NCBI GenBank assembly: GCA_964480775.1
Contig: CAYZRF010000009.1
Coordinates: forward strand, 1 to 32,000
Direction: 5' to 3'
Length of the DNA stretch: 32,000 nucleotides
Source: an uncultured Nitrososphaerota archaeon
GTDB lineage: Archaea > Korarchaeota > Korarchaeia > Korarchaeales > Korarchaeaceae
Below the pieces are notes generated by a model. That model was given only the letters and a program-made list of their open reading frames with translations, had not been told where the DNA came from and ran no database searches. Position 1 is the stretch's first letter. The number at the start of each line of letters is the position of its first letter. Shown here in pieces: positions 1 to 8,373 of this stretch. Made by a program: the position numbers and the translations under genes.

Positions 1-361
1 AGACAGGAACGAATGTTGCTGTAGCAAGTCCATGATAGGCCCTTATGGCAGCTAGTTGGAAAGAGTTTCGTACGAATAAATAAAACAAAGGAGCAGTAGC
101 AAAAACAAAGCCGCCCGCCCTTAACAAGACCTTTCTCCCATATTTATCTGATAGAGATCCAGCGATCACGTTCGTAAATATTCCAACGAACGTGGATATT
201 GAGGCTATGAATCCGATTTCAGCTGTGTGTATGCCTAAGCTCTCAGCAAAAAGGGGAAGAGTGGGAGATTTGGACATAGTTGAACTTAGTATGGCAAAAA
301 AGCCAGCTATTGAGAGGGCGGTAAATAACCTTCTTGATCTAGAACTCAAATCCTCTTTCAC
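1..361 (-). CDS. MFS-type transporter, 5' part only (gene continues past the left window edge)
   Basis: Absent from the ORF track because it runs off the window edge. Reverse-strand reading from GTG (361-359) gives MKEDLSSRSRRLFTALSIAGFFAILSSTMSKSPTLPLFAESLGIHTAEIGFIASISTFVGIFTNVIAGSLSDKYGRKVLLRAGGFVFATAPLFYLFVRNSFQLAAIRAYHGLATATFVPV. The hydrophobic helices plus the G-x-L-S-D-K-Y-G-R-K loop match MFS motif A between TM2 and TM3. The start codon is uncertain: GTG or a downstream TTG or ATG. Confidence 0.6.
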   Translation of the reverse strand, partial: MKEDLSSRSRRLFTALSIAGFFAILSSTMSKSPTLPLFAESLGIHTAEIGFIASISTFVGIFTNVIAGSLSDKYGRKVLLRAGGFVFATAPLFYLFVRNSFQLAAIRAYHGLATATFVPV

Positions 362-660
362 CTCTTTTATCAGAAATTCAATTCTTTCTAACTAATTGAT
401 ACCCTTTAACAGCTCTTTATTCTCTTCTTTGAGCCTTTTTGCTTTAAAGTTAGCATATTGAATTCCTTGATTAAATAAGTATTTGATGTCCTACCAACAT
501 TAACGAAACTTCCGATCATCAAATTCATGATGTGTCTGTTTATTTTGAACCATCTAAAATAAAATCTATTATTTCATTTTATAGAAACGAGACCTTATGC
601 TAGAGCTGCGAAACCATTAAAGAATTTCTTACCAAAATAAGTTGCCAAAGAGGAGAGGGA

Positions 661-963
661 ATGCCAGAACAGGAGGAAATCTCCTTCAAGAGAGAAGTTG
701 GCTGGCTAGGATCCTTTGCAATGGGAATATGCTAACGTTGGAGCAAATGAGTTAAGAAAGGAGGGTTTTAACACGAGAGCGAAGGTTGCAGTTGCCAGAG
801 ATGTAGCCGGTGCCATAGTAGAGGATGTAAAAGAAGGAGATTACAACTTGGTGGTTATGCTGAAGAGAAAGAGGGAAAGTTAAGGAGGTTGATCTTAAAG
901 GGAGTTAGTGAGAGGGTTGCATCTGTAGTAAGAGTTCCGGTCATTACTTTGTTGATGGAGTGA
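661..963 (+). pseudogene. Decayed remnant: N-terminal stub of an APC-type amino-acid permease joined to the tail of a UspA-like domain, broken by two frame changes
   Basis: ATG 661 is preceded by aggagaggga. It reads MPEQEEISFKREVGWLGSFAMGIC and stops at 733-735. Shifting +1 at about 725 continues EYANVGANELRKEGFNTRAKVAVARDVAGAIVEDVKEGDYNLVVMLKRKRES, stopping at 881-883. Returning to the first frame at 883 gives RRLILKGVSERVASVVRVPVITLLME, stopping at 961-963. GDYNLVVM...LKGVSERV...VPVITL resembles the C-terminal half of universal stress protein domains. G-x-x-S-F-A-M-G-Y-A-N-V-G resembles permease TM1. Confidence 0.35.
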
Positions 964-1003
964 TTGTCAAACACCAAGCAAGCTTTGAGGGTTTGATCCC
1001 AAA

Positions 1004-2758
1004 CTATGCTGGGAACCACTCTATTTCCTTTGTTTTTTCAACATACGCAGATATTATGTCTGTCTTAGCGACAAATCCGACCAGTTTCTTTTTGTCTTTC
1101 CTATCCACAACTGGAAAATGGCTTCCTCTCCTTATGTCTATTCTCATTAGTGCTTCTCTTAATGTTTCCTCAGGATAGAGAGTTAGAGGATCTCTTATCA
1201 TAATTTTCTCCACGCTAATGTCCCAGAGGCCAGAAGTCATAGCATCATTTATCTCGTTATGAGTAACTAGGCCGATGAGCCTTCCTTTCTCATCTAAGAC
1301 TGGAAAGCCGTGGAACCCTTTCTTCTCCATAAGTTCATAAACTTCCTTTACTTTCATTTCTTTCGTTACAGTAACTAGATCATCTCCTTTCTTCATTATT
1401 TCTTTTATCAGCGTCATATCCAAAACATCTGGTGGCTTTTCTGGCTTCGCCTTTACTCCCTTTCTAATAAGCTTTTCGAGATATATGTTTCTACCAGAAA
1501 ATACGACTATGGCATCGCTTACAACGCAGGATAACAGTAGCGGTAGAATTATCTCATAGTCCCGGGTCATTTCAAAGAGTATTATTATTGAGGTCAAGGT
1601 AGCCCTACTTACTCCAGAGAAGAGGGCAGCCATACCTGCCAAGGCGTATGCACTCGAGCCAGCAGTTAAGTTTGGAAACAACAAGTTCATTACGTATCCA
1701 TATGCGCCTCCTAACATTCCGCCGATGAAGAGAGAAGGCGCAAAAACACCTCCAGAGCCCCCAGCCCCTAGAGTTATTGATGTAGCCAAAATCTTTGCGA
1801 AAACAAGCAGTATCATGAGTTTTAGTTCAAGTTTTTCCTCTATAACAGCTACTAATGCGTTCGTGAGAGGAGGTAGAAGATTTTCACCATAACCGACCCC
1901 TAAGACGTGGGGTAGAAATATTCCAACTATTCCAAGAATAAAACCACCTAGCGCAGGTATCAAATAAGGAGGAATTGCTTTTAGCTTTTCGAAAAAGTCT
2001 TCAAACCTATATAAAACATCTATTTCAAGTATTCCAACTAGACCAGCAATAACTCCAAGACCTAGATATAAAGGTAGTTCGCTGTAACTCCTCAAGGAAT
2101 AATTTAAAGGTCCTAGCGCCGGATAATCCCCTAGAAATCGTCTTGCAAGGGAAGTAGATGTTACTGTTGCTACAACTGCTGGTATAAATGATCTAGTCCT
2201 AAATTCTGCCAAGATAACTTCCATAGCAAAGAAAATGCCAGCTATCGGTGCGTTAAATGTTGCAGCTATTCCAGCGCCAGCACCACATGCCACCAAAACC
2301 CTAAGTTTTTCCGGAGAGATTCCAAGGATCTGTCCTATGGCGGAACCTGCAGACGCTCCTATTTGAGCTATGGGCCCCTCTCTCCCTGCAGAACCTCCAG
2401 ATCCTATGCATATGGCTGAAACTAATGGCTTAACTAACGCAACTCTCGGTCGGATCCTCCCTCCTCTTGTACGTACTGCTTCCATGATCTCTGGGACGCC
2501 ATGCCCCTTTGTTTCTGAGGCAGCAAGATATATGATTGGCCCTATAATTAGTCCGCCTATGGCTGGAGCAACTATATAGTAGCCTTTACCTAAGAACCCA
2601 AATATTCTCGGTCCCGCTCCGTAGAATATGTTTATGAAGAAATTGATTAGCCATCTGAAAAATATGGCTCCGATTCCAGATACAAGACCAACAAAAACAG
2701 CTAATAGAGTAAGAAAGAGATAGCTCTCCCTGAATCTCTGCAAGTCAATTGTTCTCAT
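1004..2758 (-). CDS. ClC-family chloride channel / H+-Cl- exchanger with a C-terminal CBS domain pair
   Basis: 584 aa. The ClC selectivity-filter motifs are present: GHGVPE, GSAGREGP (gating Glu present) and GGVFAPS. The N-terminal 430 aa are polytopic. The C-terminus carries two CBS-like repeats (GFHGFPVLDEKGRLIGLVT and GSHFPVVDRKDKKKLVGFVA). Confidence 0.9.
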   Translation of the reverse strand: MRTIDLQRFRESYLFLTLLAVFVGLVSGIGAIFFRWLINFFINIFYGAGPRIFGFLGKGYYIVAPAIGGLIIGPIIYLAASETKGHGVPEIMEAVRTRGGRIRPRVALVKPLVSAICIGSGGSAGREGPIAQIGASAGSAIGQILGISPEKLRVLVACGAGAGIAATFNAPIAGIFFAMEVILAEFRTRSFIPAVVATVTSTSLARRFLGDYPALGPLNYSLRSYSELPLYLGLGVIAGLVGILEIDVLYRFEDFFEKLKAIPPYLIPALGGFILGIVGIFLPHVLGVGYGENLLPPLTNALVAVIEEKLELKLMILLVFAKILATSITLGAGGSGGVFAPSLFIGGMLGGAYGYVMNLLFPNLTAGSSAYALAGMAALFSGVSRATLTSIIILFEMTRDYEIILPLLLSCVVSDAIVVFSGRNIYLEKLIRKGVKAKPEKPPDVLDMTLIKEIMKKGDDLVTVTKEMKVKEVYELMEKKGFHGFPVLDEKGRLIGLVTHNEINDAMTSGLWDISVEKIMIRDPLTLYPEETLREALMRIDIRRGSHFPVVDRKDKKKLVGFVAKTDIISAYVEKTKEIEWFPA

Positions 2759-2863
2759 TTTTTCATCTAAATCGCAAAATACTCAGAAGTAGGATAAAAT
2801 ATTTTTACTTTATACTAACTCACGAATGCCCAGCCCATTTTATATAATAACGCCCAAAGGTTT

Positions 2864-3259
2864 TTACAGTGTCTCAAAGGCAAACTCAGAAACAATTTTT
2901 GCGATTTTCTCTGATGCTCTCCTGAGTTCAAGCATGACAAGACCCATCTTAGCATTTTTGGGTAAAATTGCCATTACCATTACGTCTGGACCCGCCCCCA
3001 TAAGCATAGCATAGCCAGTTTCCCCTATTACTAGAACCCTTTCAACTCCTCCATGTCCAAACTCCATTGCTACTCTTTCTCCAATAGCTAGCATGGATGC
3101 ACTCATCGCACCAACTACTTCCTCTTCTGGCCCTTCTGATCTAAATTTGCTTGCTACTGGGAGACCATCCCTCGTCAATATTGCTACGCCAGAAACTTCT
3201 GGCACTTCACCTATGAAATCGTTCAGGATCTTTTCAAGTGCAATTCTTTTACTCATCAT
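2864..3259 (-). CDS. Roadblock/LC7 (MglB-like) domain protein
   Basis: 131 aa. EVPEVSGVAILTRDGLPVASKF followed by VGAMSASMLAIGERV fits the Roadblock/LC7 alpha-beta-alpha pattern. The size is typical for a single-domain archaeal member. Confidence 0.75.
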   Translation of the reverse strand: MMSKRIALEKILNDFIGEVPEVSGVAILTRDGLPVASKFRSEGPEEEVVGAMSASMLAIGERVAMEFGHGGVERVLVIGETGYAMLMGAGPDVMVMAILPKNAKMGLVMLELRRASEKIAKIVSEFAFETL

Positions 3260-3363
3260 AACACAGAATTTTGGAACTCAATAATCCATAAATCTTATGA
3301 GTGAATGAACCTAGTACTTCTTGAATTAGTTCCAGCATAGTAGTCCTAAGGAGTGGTTTTAGC

Positions 3364-4551
3364 TTGAATAAACTGAAACAAGAGCCGCTGAAGGATTTAG
3401 CATTGATTCCATGGTTTTTAAGATCGTATCTTTTGATTCCTAGTATTTATCTTGTGTACTTATCCATTGGTATTTTAGCTAGGTTCGTACCTCCACTATC
3501 AAAACTTCTTTCAAAGATGTTCCCCAGCTTCTGGTTTCCATCAGTAATCATCTGTTTTTTATCTATTTTTGTTTTGTATGTGTCTGGGAAGAGTTTATTT
3601 CCATTAAAAAGGGAGTTCAGATGGATAATACTGTTTTTTTCAATTCTATTGGATTCTCTCGGAAGCTTAGGTATCTCTGAATTTCTAGGCGTCATAGCCC
3701 AGATTGTAATAGTTCTTACGGTAGCAAAGTTCTGGAGATATGAAAGAAGCTTGCTTTGTGGAGCCCTGATAGGTTCTACAGTTTCATTCCTGTTTCTGAT
3801 TATAGGAGGAGTGCCTCTTCTTAATCCTAGATTAAGAGTCTCGATATCCTCTTCTCCTCTTAGAGCTAGCTTCCAAGTCAGTTCAATTTTTGCTGCGGCT
3901 TATTCCTCTTCTAAGTATGGAAAAAGAGGTCTTTATGTTCTTTTTCCTCTTTCTATCATGGCTATATTGCTAGGCTATAAAGGAAATCTGGCATCAATTG
4001 TGATAGCTGCACTCATTGCAGGAATGATATCTTCAGAAGTAAAAATCAAGGAAGCTCTTTCCATTTCTACAATTCTTGCTCTAATCCTGTTCTTTGTAGG
4101 AACCTTCGTAGCAAGGCTAAACTATGGATCCTGGATGGTTCCCTGGTTTCTTTACCTTGTATATAGGGCAGGATTGACCGTCCATGTCTTTCAGGAGGTA
4201 GCAAAAGCATCAGTTCCCTTTGGATTGACTCGTGGTTGGGCTATGCTTGATCCGACTAAAAAGGTCATAGCCGATATCATAGGTACGCCGAGGAATGTAG
4301 GGATAACAGCCACTCTTATAGGACCAGCTACACTAGATTTTGGCGTTTTAGGTGCGGTTTCTCTTTCGATTCTTTTAGGAATCTATATGAGAGCAATGCA
4401 CCCCTCAAGAAAATCTAACATTCAGGTTGCCTTGTATTCGGCATCTCTATCGAGAATCGTAACACTTATTGATATAGGCGTTAGTTTTGTGGATCTATCC
4501 TTTTTTCTCTCTCTCCTCTATTTGTCTCTGGAGTCAAGAGAAGAATCTTGA
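3364..4551 (+). CDS. Polytopic integral membrane protein of unknown function (about 10 predicted TM segments)
   Basis: 395 aa ORF with a TTG start. It is hydrophobic throughout and I recognise no catalytic motif. It loosely resembles polymerase or ligase-like membrane proteins, but I cannot support that call. The start is uncertain; the first in-frame ATG is about 50 codons downstream. Confidence 0.55.
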   Translation: MNKLKQEPLKDLALIPWFLRSYLLIPSIYLVYLSIGILARFVPPLSKLLSKMFPSFWFPSVIICFLSIFVLYVSGKSLFPLKREFRWIILFFSILLDSLGSLGISEFLGVIAQIVIVLTVAKFWRYERSLLCGALIGSTVSFLFLIIGGVPLLNPRLRVSISSSPLRASFQVSSIFAAAYSSSKYGKRGLYVLFPLSIMAILLGYKGNLASIVIAALIAGMISSEVKIKEALSISTILALILFFVGTFVARLNYGSWMVPWFLYLVYRAGLTVHVFQEVAKASVPFGLTRGWAMLDPTKKVIADIIGTPRNVGITATLIGPATLDFGVLGAVSLSILLGIYMRAMHPSRKSNIQVALYSASLSRIVTLIDIGVSFVDLSFFLSLLYLSLESREES

Positions 4552-4598
4552 GAGCTTTACCTTTTTAGAATTGAAAGATGTTACTTTCAAGATGAAAA

Positions 4599-5348
4599 AT
4601 GGGGATTCAACCATATATAATGTGTGGGCCAGGGGATGTTGCGAAATATGTTCTTCTTCCAGGAGATCCCAAGAGAGCTGAGAAGATAGCTAAGTTTTTT
4701 GATGAATACAGGTTAGTAGCGGAATATAGGCAGTACGTCACTTTCTCAGGGACTTACAAGGGAATATCTGTTTCGGTTACTTCAACGGGAATCGGGTGTC
4801 CTGCCGCAGCTATTGCTGTTGAGGAGCTAGCTAGAATAGGCGCGAAGTATTTCATAAGAGTAGGAACTACGGGCGCCATACAACCAGAAATAGAGATAGG
4901 AGACATTATAGTTGCTACAGCCGCTGTTAGAGCAGATGGAACAACAAGAGCGTATGTTCCATTGGAGTATCCGGCAGTAGCGAACTCTGAAGTCGTTAAT
5001 TCTCTCTTAATTGCTGCAGAAAGACAAGGCATTGATGTAAGATCTGGAATAATACTGACTGGAGACGCCTTTTATGCTGAGGACTTAAACGCTATGAAGA
5101 TGTGGGGTACATCAGGTGTGCTTTCAGTAGAAATGGAAGCGGCAGCCATATTTGTCTTATCTCAGATAAAAGGGCTGAAGGCTGGAGCCATTTTAGCTGT
5201 AGATGGAAACATAATAAAAGGAACAAAGAAAGGTGAATTTAAGAGAGGAGAGAAAAAAGGTGAATTAGATCCAAGAGTTCAGAAAGCTATTGAACTTGAG
5301 ACTAAGATAGCACTTGAAGCTATAAGAATTCTGGAGGAAAAGACCTAA
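4599..5348 (+). CDS. udp: Uridine phosphorylase-like nucleoside phosphorylase (PNP/UDP family 1)
   Basis: 249 aa. VLLPGDPKRAEKIA, STGIGCPAAAIAVEELARIGAKYFIRVGTTGAIQP and SVEMEAAAIF are colinear with E. coli Udp (STGIGGPSTSIAVEELAQLG..RIGTTGAIQP, EMESATL) rather than with DeoD. Confidence 0.85.
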   Translation: MGIQPYIMCGPGDVAKYVLLPGDPKRAEKIAKFFDEYRLVAEYRQYVTFSGTYKGISVSVTSTGIGCPAAAIAVEELARIGAKYFIRVGTTGAIQPEIEIGDIIVATAAVRADGTTRAYVPLEYPAVANSEVVNSLLIAAERQGIDVRSGIILTGDAFYAEDLNAMKMWGTSGVLSVEMEAAAIFVLSQIKGLKAGAILAVDGNIIKGTKKGEFKRGEKKGELDPRVQKAIELETKIALEAIRILEEKT

Positions 5349-5349
5349 A

Positions 5350-5778
5350 CTACACCTCGAGAGGAAGGGAAACCAAAACAGAGGACGCAACTCCTCTAAA
5401 CCTCTCGAATATTTGGGCTGCCCGTCTTGCACCTATCAGAATCCTTTCATACAATTCTTCAACAGTCAAACCAGCCATCTCTGCCTTCTCTCTATTTAGA
5501 TCATAGGGTCCTCTTATCCACAAAGATATCATTGTCCCGAAATTTCCAAGCCTTATATGCGGCAAACCTAGGACATCAGCGTTCTCACAAGGGAAAAGTG
5601 CGTGTCCCTCTGCTCTCCTTGATGGAATGAAGCCAACTGCCGTTAATTCATGAAGGATCTCCTCATAGAGTCTAGACGCAGGTTCCCCCGAAATCGAGGC
5701 AACGAGTTGGATCTGAGCCAATCTATCTCGCATATCTTGAATTCCTGGCATGATTACCATTATGTATAAACTTATCAC
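5350..5778 (-). CDS. Hypothetical protein
   Basis: 142 aa ORF with protein-like composition, unlike the Ser/Leu-rich antisense ORF 5427..5630. I recognise no motif. The start is ambiguous: GTG 5778, ATG 5760 or ATG 5751. Confidence 0.5.
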   Translation of the reverse strand: MISLYIMVIMPGIQDMRDRLAQIQLVASISGEPASRLYEEILHELTAVGFIPSRRAEGHALFPCENADVLGLPHIRLGNFGTMISLWIRGPYDLNREKAEMAGLTVEELYERILIGARRAAQIFERFRGVASSVLVSLPLEV

Positions 5779-5839
5779 ATTAATAGCTCTTTCCCTACTA
5801 ACAAAAGTCTAAGAATGGAAATGCTGGAAGTGGTGAACT

Positions 5840-6646
5840 TTGAAGAGACTTAAGCGTCAGTTCGAAGCTTATTCAGGGATCATTTTGGACTTAGATGGAG
5901 TAATTTGGGTGGGGAAAAGACCAATTTTAGAGGCTGTTGAAGCTGTCAAGGAACTAAGAACTTACGGAAAAAAGGTGCTTTTTGTCACAAATAATTCAAC
6001 AAGAAGCAGAAAGGACTATGAAAAAAGACTTAGAGATCTTGGTCTGAAGGTTAGCATAGAAGAAATTATGAACAGTGGTTATGCAACGGCCCTACTACTA
6101 AAGGAAAGGTATGGTGGCGGGAAAGCTTATGCCGTCGGTGAAAAAGGGCTCATTGAAGAGTTAGAGGGCCAAGGACTACGAGTTATCCATAAAGACGAAT
6201 GTTGGGAGAACGGCGCTGATTTCGTGGTAGTTGGCATGGATAGAAGTTTCGATTACTGGAAAATAGCAACAGCCATGAGAGCTATAAGACAAGGAGCTCT
6301 TTTCATAGCAACAAACGCTGACAAGACTTTTCCAAGTGAGAAAGGATTATTACCAGGAGCTGGCACCATGGTCGCTGCAATATCCACTGCATCAGGAAAA
6401 GAGCCAGACATCGTGGTTGGTAAGCCCAGCAGGCACATTTTTGAGATGGCTATCAGAAAGTTGAACTTGAGGAAAGAAGAGACTTTAGTAATAGGAGATA
6501 GGATCGATACTGACATAGAAGGAGCCCATAAGGCTGGAATCAAATCTTTGCTCATCTTAACAGGAGTAACAAGTAGAGAAGAGGTTGAAAAATCAAAGAT
6601 AAAGCCTGATTTCATTCTGAATTCAATGAAAGAACTCTTTGTTTGA
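5840..6646 (+). CDS. HAD superfamily subfamily IIA phosphatase (NagD-like sugar/nucleotide phosphatase)
   Basis: 268 aa. HAD motif I is ILDLDGV, motif II VTNNS, motif III GKPS and motif IV GDRIDTDI. Size and cap position are typical of subfamily IIA. TTG start. Confidence 0.85.
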   Translation: MKRLKRQFEAYSGIILDLDGVIWVGKRPILEAVEAVKELRTYGKKVLFVTNNSTRSRKDYEKRLRDLGLKVSIEEIMNSGYATALLLKERYGGGKAYAVGEKGLIEELEGQGLRVIHKDECWENGADFVVVGMDRSFDYWKIATAMRAIRQGALFIATNADKTFPSEKGLLPGAGTMVAAISTASGKEPDIVVGKPSRHIFEMAIRKLNLRKEETLVIGDRIDTDIEGAHKAGIKSLLILTGVTSREEVEKSKIKPDFILNSMKELFV

Positions 6647-6656
6647 AACTAACTTA

Positions 6657-7394
6657 CTACTCCCAATAAAGCAAGCTTTTCTTTCTACTAACTTTAATTT
6701 CTTTTGCCTCATCATAAGGAGTTGTAAACACCTCCACGATGTGTCTGGCTATCTTCTTTCCAATTCCTTTTACCTCTGCTAACTCCGCCAGATTTGCGTT
6801 TGCTACTCTTCTCAATGTTTTGAATCTCTCAATTATAGCTCTTGCCTTTACAATCCCGAGACCACGTATTGTACCAAGAACCTCAACTTGCTCATCTGCA
6901 AGCGTCTTACTCTTCTTTACTACTCTTAAACTAGGTTTAACCCCAGTTTCCATCTTTTTAGCAAGGAGATAAAGGGTTTTTGGTACAAGGTATTCGTCTG
7001 GAACCACTATCGTAGGAACTCCAGAAAGGGCTAGCTCGTTCTGTATTCCGAGGTAAACATTCCAAACTAAGCTTGGATCTCTTCCCATTGATCTAAACCT
7101 CCTCCACACCACTTTAGGATCTCCTGTTATCATTAGAGAGAAGGGCACCTCTTGGTGAGCCAAAGCGTCAAGTTGGTCGAAAAGCCTCTTAGATATCACG
7201 CTGTTCACTAGATCCAAAACGCTCTTTCTTTCGAGCAATAAAATGTGATCTCCCCCTTTCACCAAGAAGTCTCCCGCTTCTAACCATGAGATTTCTACTG
7301 TTACACCCATTTCTCTTATTTTTTCAGCCCATCCCTTTGACAGATTCTCCCTCTTGTCAACGAGTATTTTCATCGCTCTGTTTTCAATTACCAA
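6657..7394 (-). CDS. xpf: XPF/ERCC4-type structure-specific endonuclease, short form (nuclease domain + HhH2)
   Basis: 245 aa. The ERCC4 signature is GDF...LLLERKSVLDLVNSVISKRLFDQL. The C-terminus has tandem helix-hairpin-helix motifs (LGTIRGLGIVKA, LAEVKGIGKKIARHI). There is no helicase domain. Confidence 0.85.
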   Translation of the reverse strand: MVIENRAMKILVDKRENLSKGWAEKIREMGVTVEISWLEAGDFLVKGGDHILLLERKSVLDLVNSVISKRLFDQLDALAHQEVPFSLMITGDPKVVWRRFRSMGRDPSLVWNVYLGIQNELALSGVPTIVVPDEYLVPKTLYLLAKKMETGVKPSLRVVKKSKTLADEQVEVLGTIRGLGIVKARAIIERFKTLRRVANANLAELAEVKGIGKKIARHIVEVFTTPYDEAKEIKVSRKKSLLYWE

Positions 7395-7463
7395 TCACTC
7401 CAAATAACTCTTGATATACCAGTCTAGTCCTGTCAAGATAATTCCCAAAATTATATTCTGGGT

Positions 7464-8264
7464 TTGGCTATTATCATAGGTTCGGTGGTGGATTTGAGCA
7501 AAATCGTGTTCATTACAGCAATTTTCGGAGATATTTCCGTTGATGTCGATCATTTACTTCACGATCCTAGAGTTCAAGAGACTCTTTTGAGAATTGAGAG
7601 AGGAGAAGGGCAGGAATTAGAAGAAATCAACGGAGTTAAGGAGCTTAAAGAAATTGGTCTCATCGAAGAGAACTCGCTTAACTTTCCGCTGATTCTGAAG
7701 GAGAATTTCTCAGAAATGAACCCTGAAATTAGCTCACTAGCCAACGAGATAGCAGAGTTGGTTTATCATGGATTATCGGGGCTTGTTGGCAATTCTAAGA
7801 AATTGTTAAGCATTGCCGCACTAGGGGAACTGGATGTGACCTTGGATGATGTTCTCTTAGGAAGAATAAATGCCCTAGCAATCGATTCTGGGCAACTTAT
7901 TGTTTGTGGGTTTGAAGGAGCTGAGCCCATGGCTTATAGAAGTACATTTACCGATGTAGATGAAGGGCTCTCGTGCAAGATCGAGGTTGGAAAGCCCATG
8001 TCTGAGGTGAAATCTTCTTTAGATGCTAACTCACAAATCTTTGCTGGTAGTAGTTGGATGCTTGACCTAGCTGAAAGTATACTCGAGTGGTGCTTGCCAG
8101 AAGCAGAAACTTGGGCAGAAGACCTGAATTTTAAGGAGTTAAAGCTTGATATGTTCCTCTATGGTCTAATTAAGCTAGTTTACAACAGAGCCATGATGTT
8201 GCTCGGAAAGAAGGGAAAAATTCTCTGGGATGTAACTCTAAAGTATACTATCGTAGGACTATAA
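7464..8264 (+). CDS. Hypothetical protein
   Basis: 266 aa acidic soluble ORF, divergent from xpf. I recognise no motif. TTG 7464 lies only about 10 nt from a TATA-like aaaattatatt (7447..7457), so GTG 7485 or 7488 may be the true, leaderless start. Confidence 0.5.
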   Translation: MAIIIGSVVDLSKIVFITAIFGDISVDVDHLLHDPRVQETLLRIERGEGQELEEINGVKELKEIGLIEENSLNFPLILKENFSEMNPEISSLANEIAELVYHGLSGLVGNSKKLLSIAALGELDVTLDDVLLGRINALAIDSGQLIVCGFEGAEPMAYRSTFTDVDEGLSCKIEVGKPMSEVKSSLDANSQIFAGSSWMLDLAESILEWCLPEAETWAEDLNFKELKLDMFLYGLIKLVYNRAMMLLGKKGKILWDVTLKYTIVGL

Positions 8265-8373
8265 AGGCCTCAGTCCGCCCATCATTCTTCATTGATCCGC
8301 TGAAGGAATTTTCATCACAGGCCACTTTAGATTTTAAGGAGGTTGGATAAAAGATTATGTTCCTAAAGATAAT

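Noticed and set aside
192-395. A 67-aa plus-strand ORF at the left edge
   Set aside because: It is antisense to an open-ended minus-strand reading frame that shows a clear MFS motif A and TM helices.
406-528. A 40-aa minus-strand ORF (MNLMIGSFVNVGRTSNTYLIKEFNMLTLKQKGSKKRIKSC) just upstream of the partial MFS gene
   Set aside because: It is too short, has no RBS or TATA support that I can see and no recognisable motif. It could be another gene fragment, but nothing supports calling it.
6253-6615. A 120-aa minus-strand ORF inside the HAD phosphatase gene, and similar ORFs inside aor, the MtmB-like gene, the ClC gene, btpA and others
   Set aside because: They are antisense shadow ORFs inside genes that have complete catalytic motif sets. 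Their composition is biased toward Ser/Leu/Pro/Thr.
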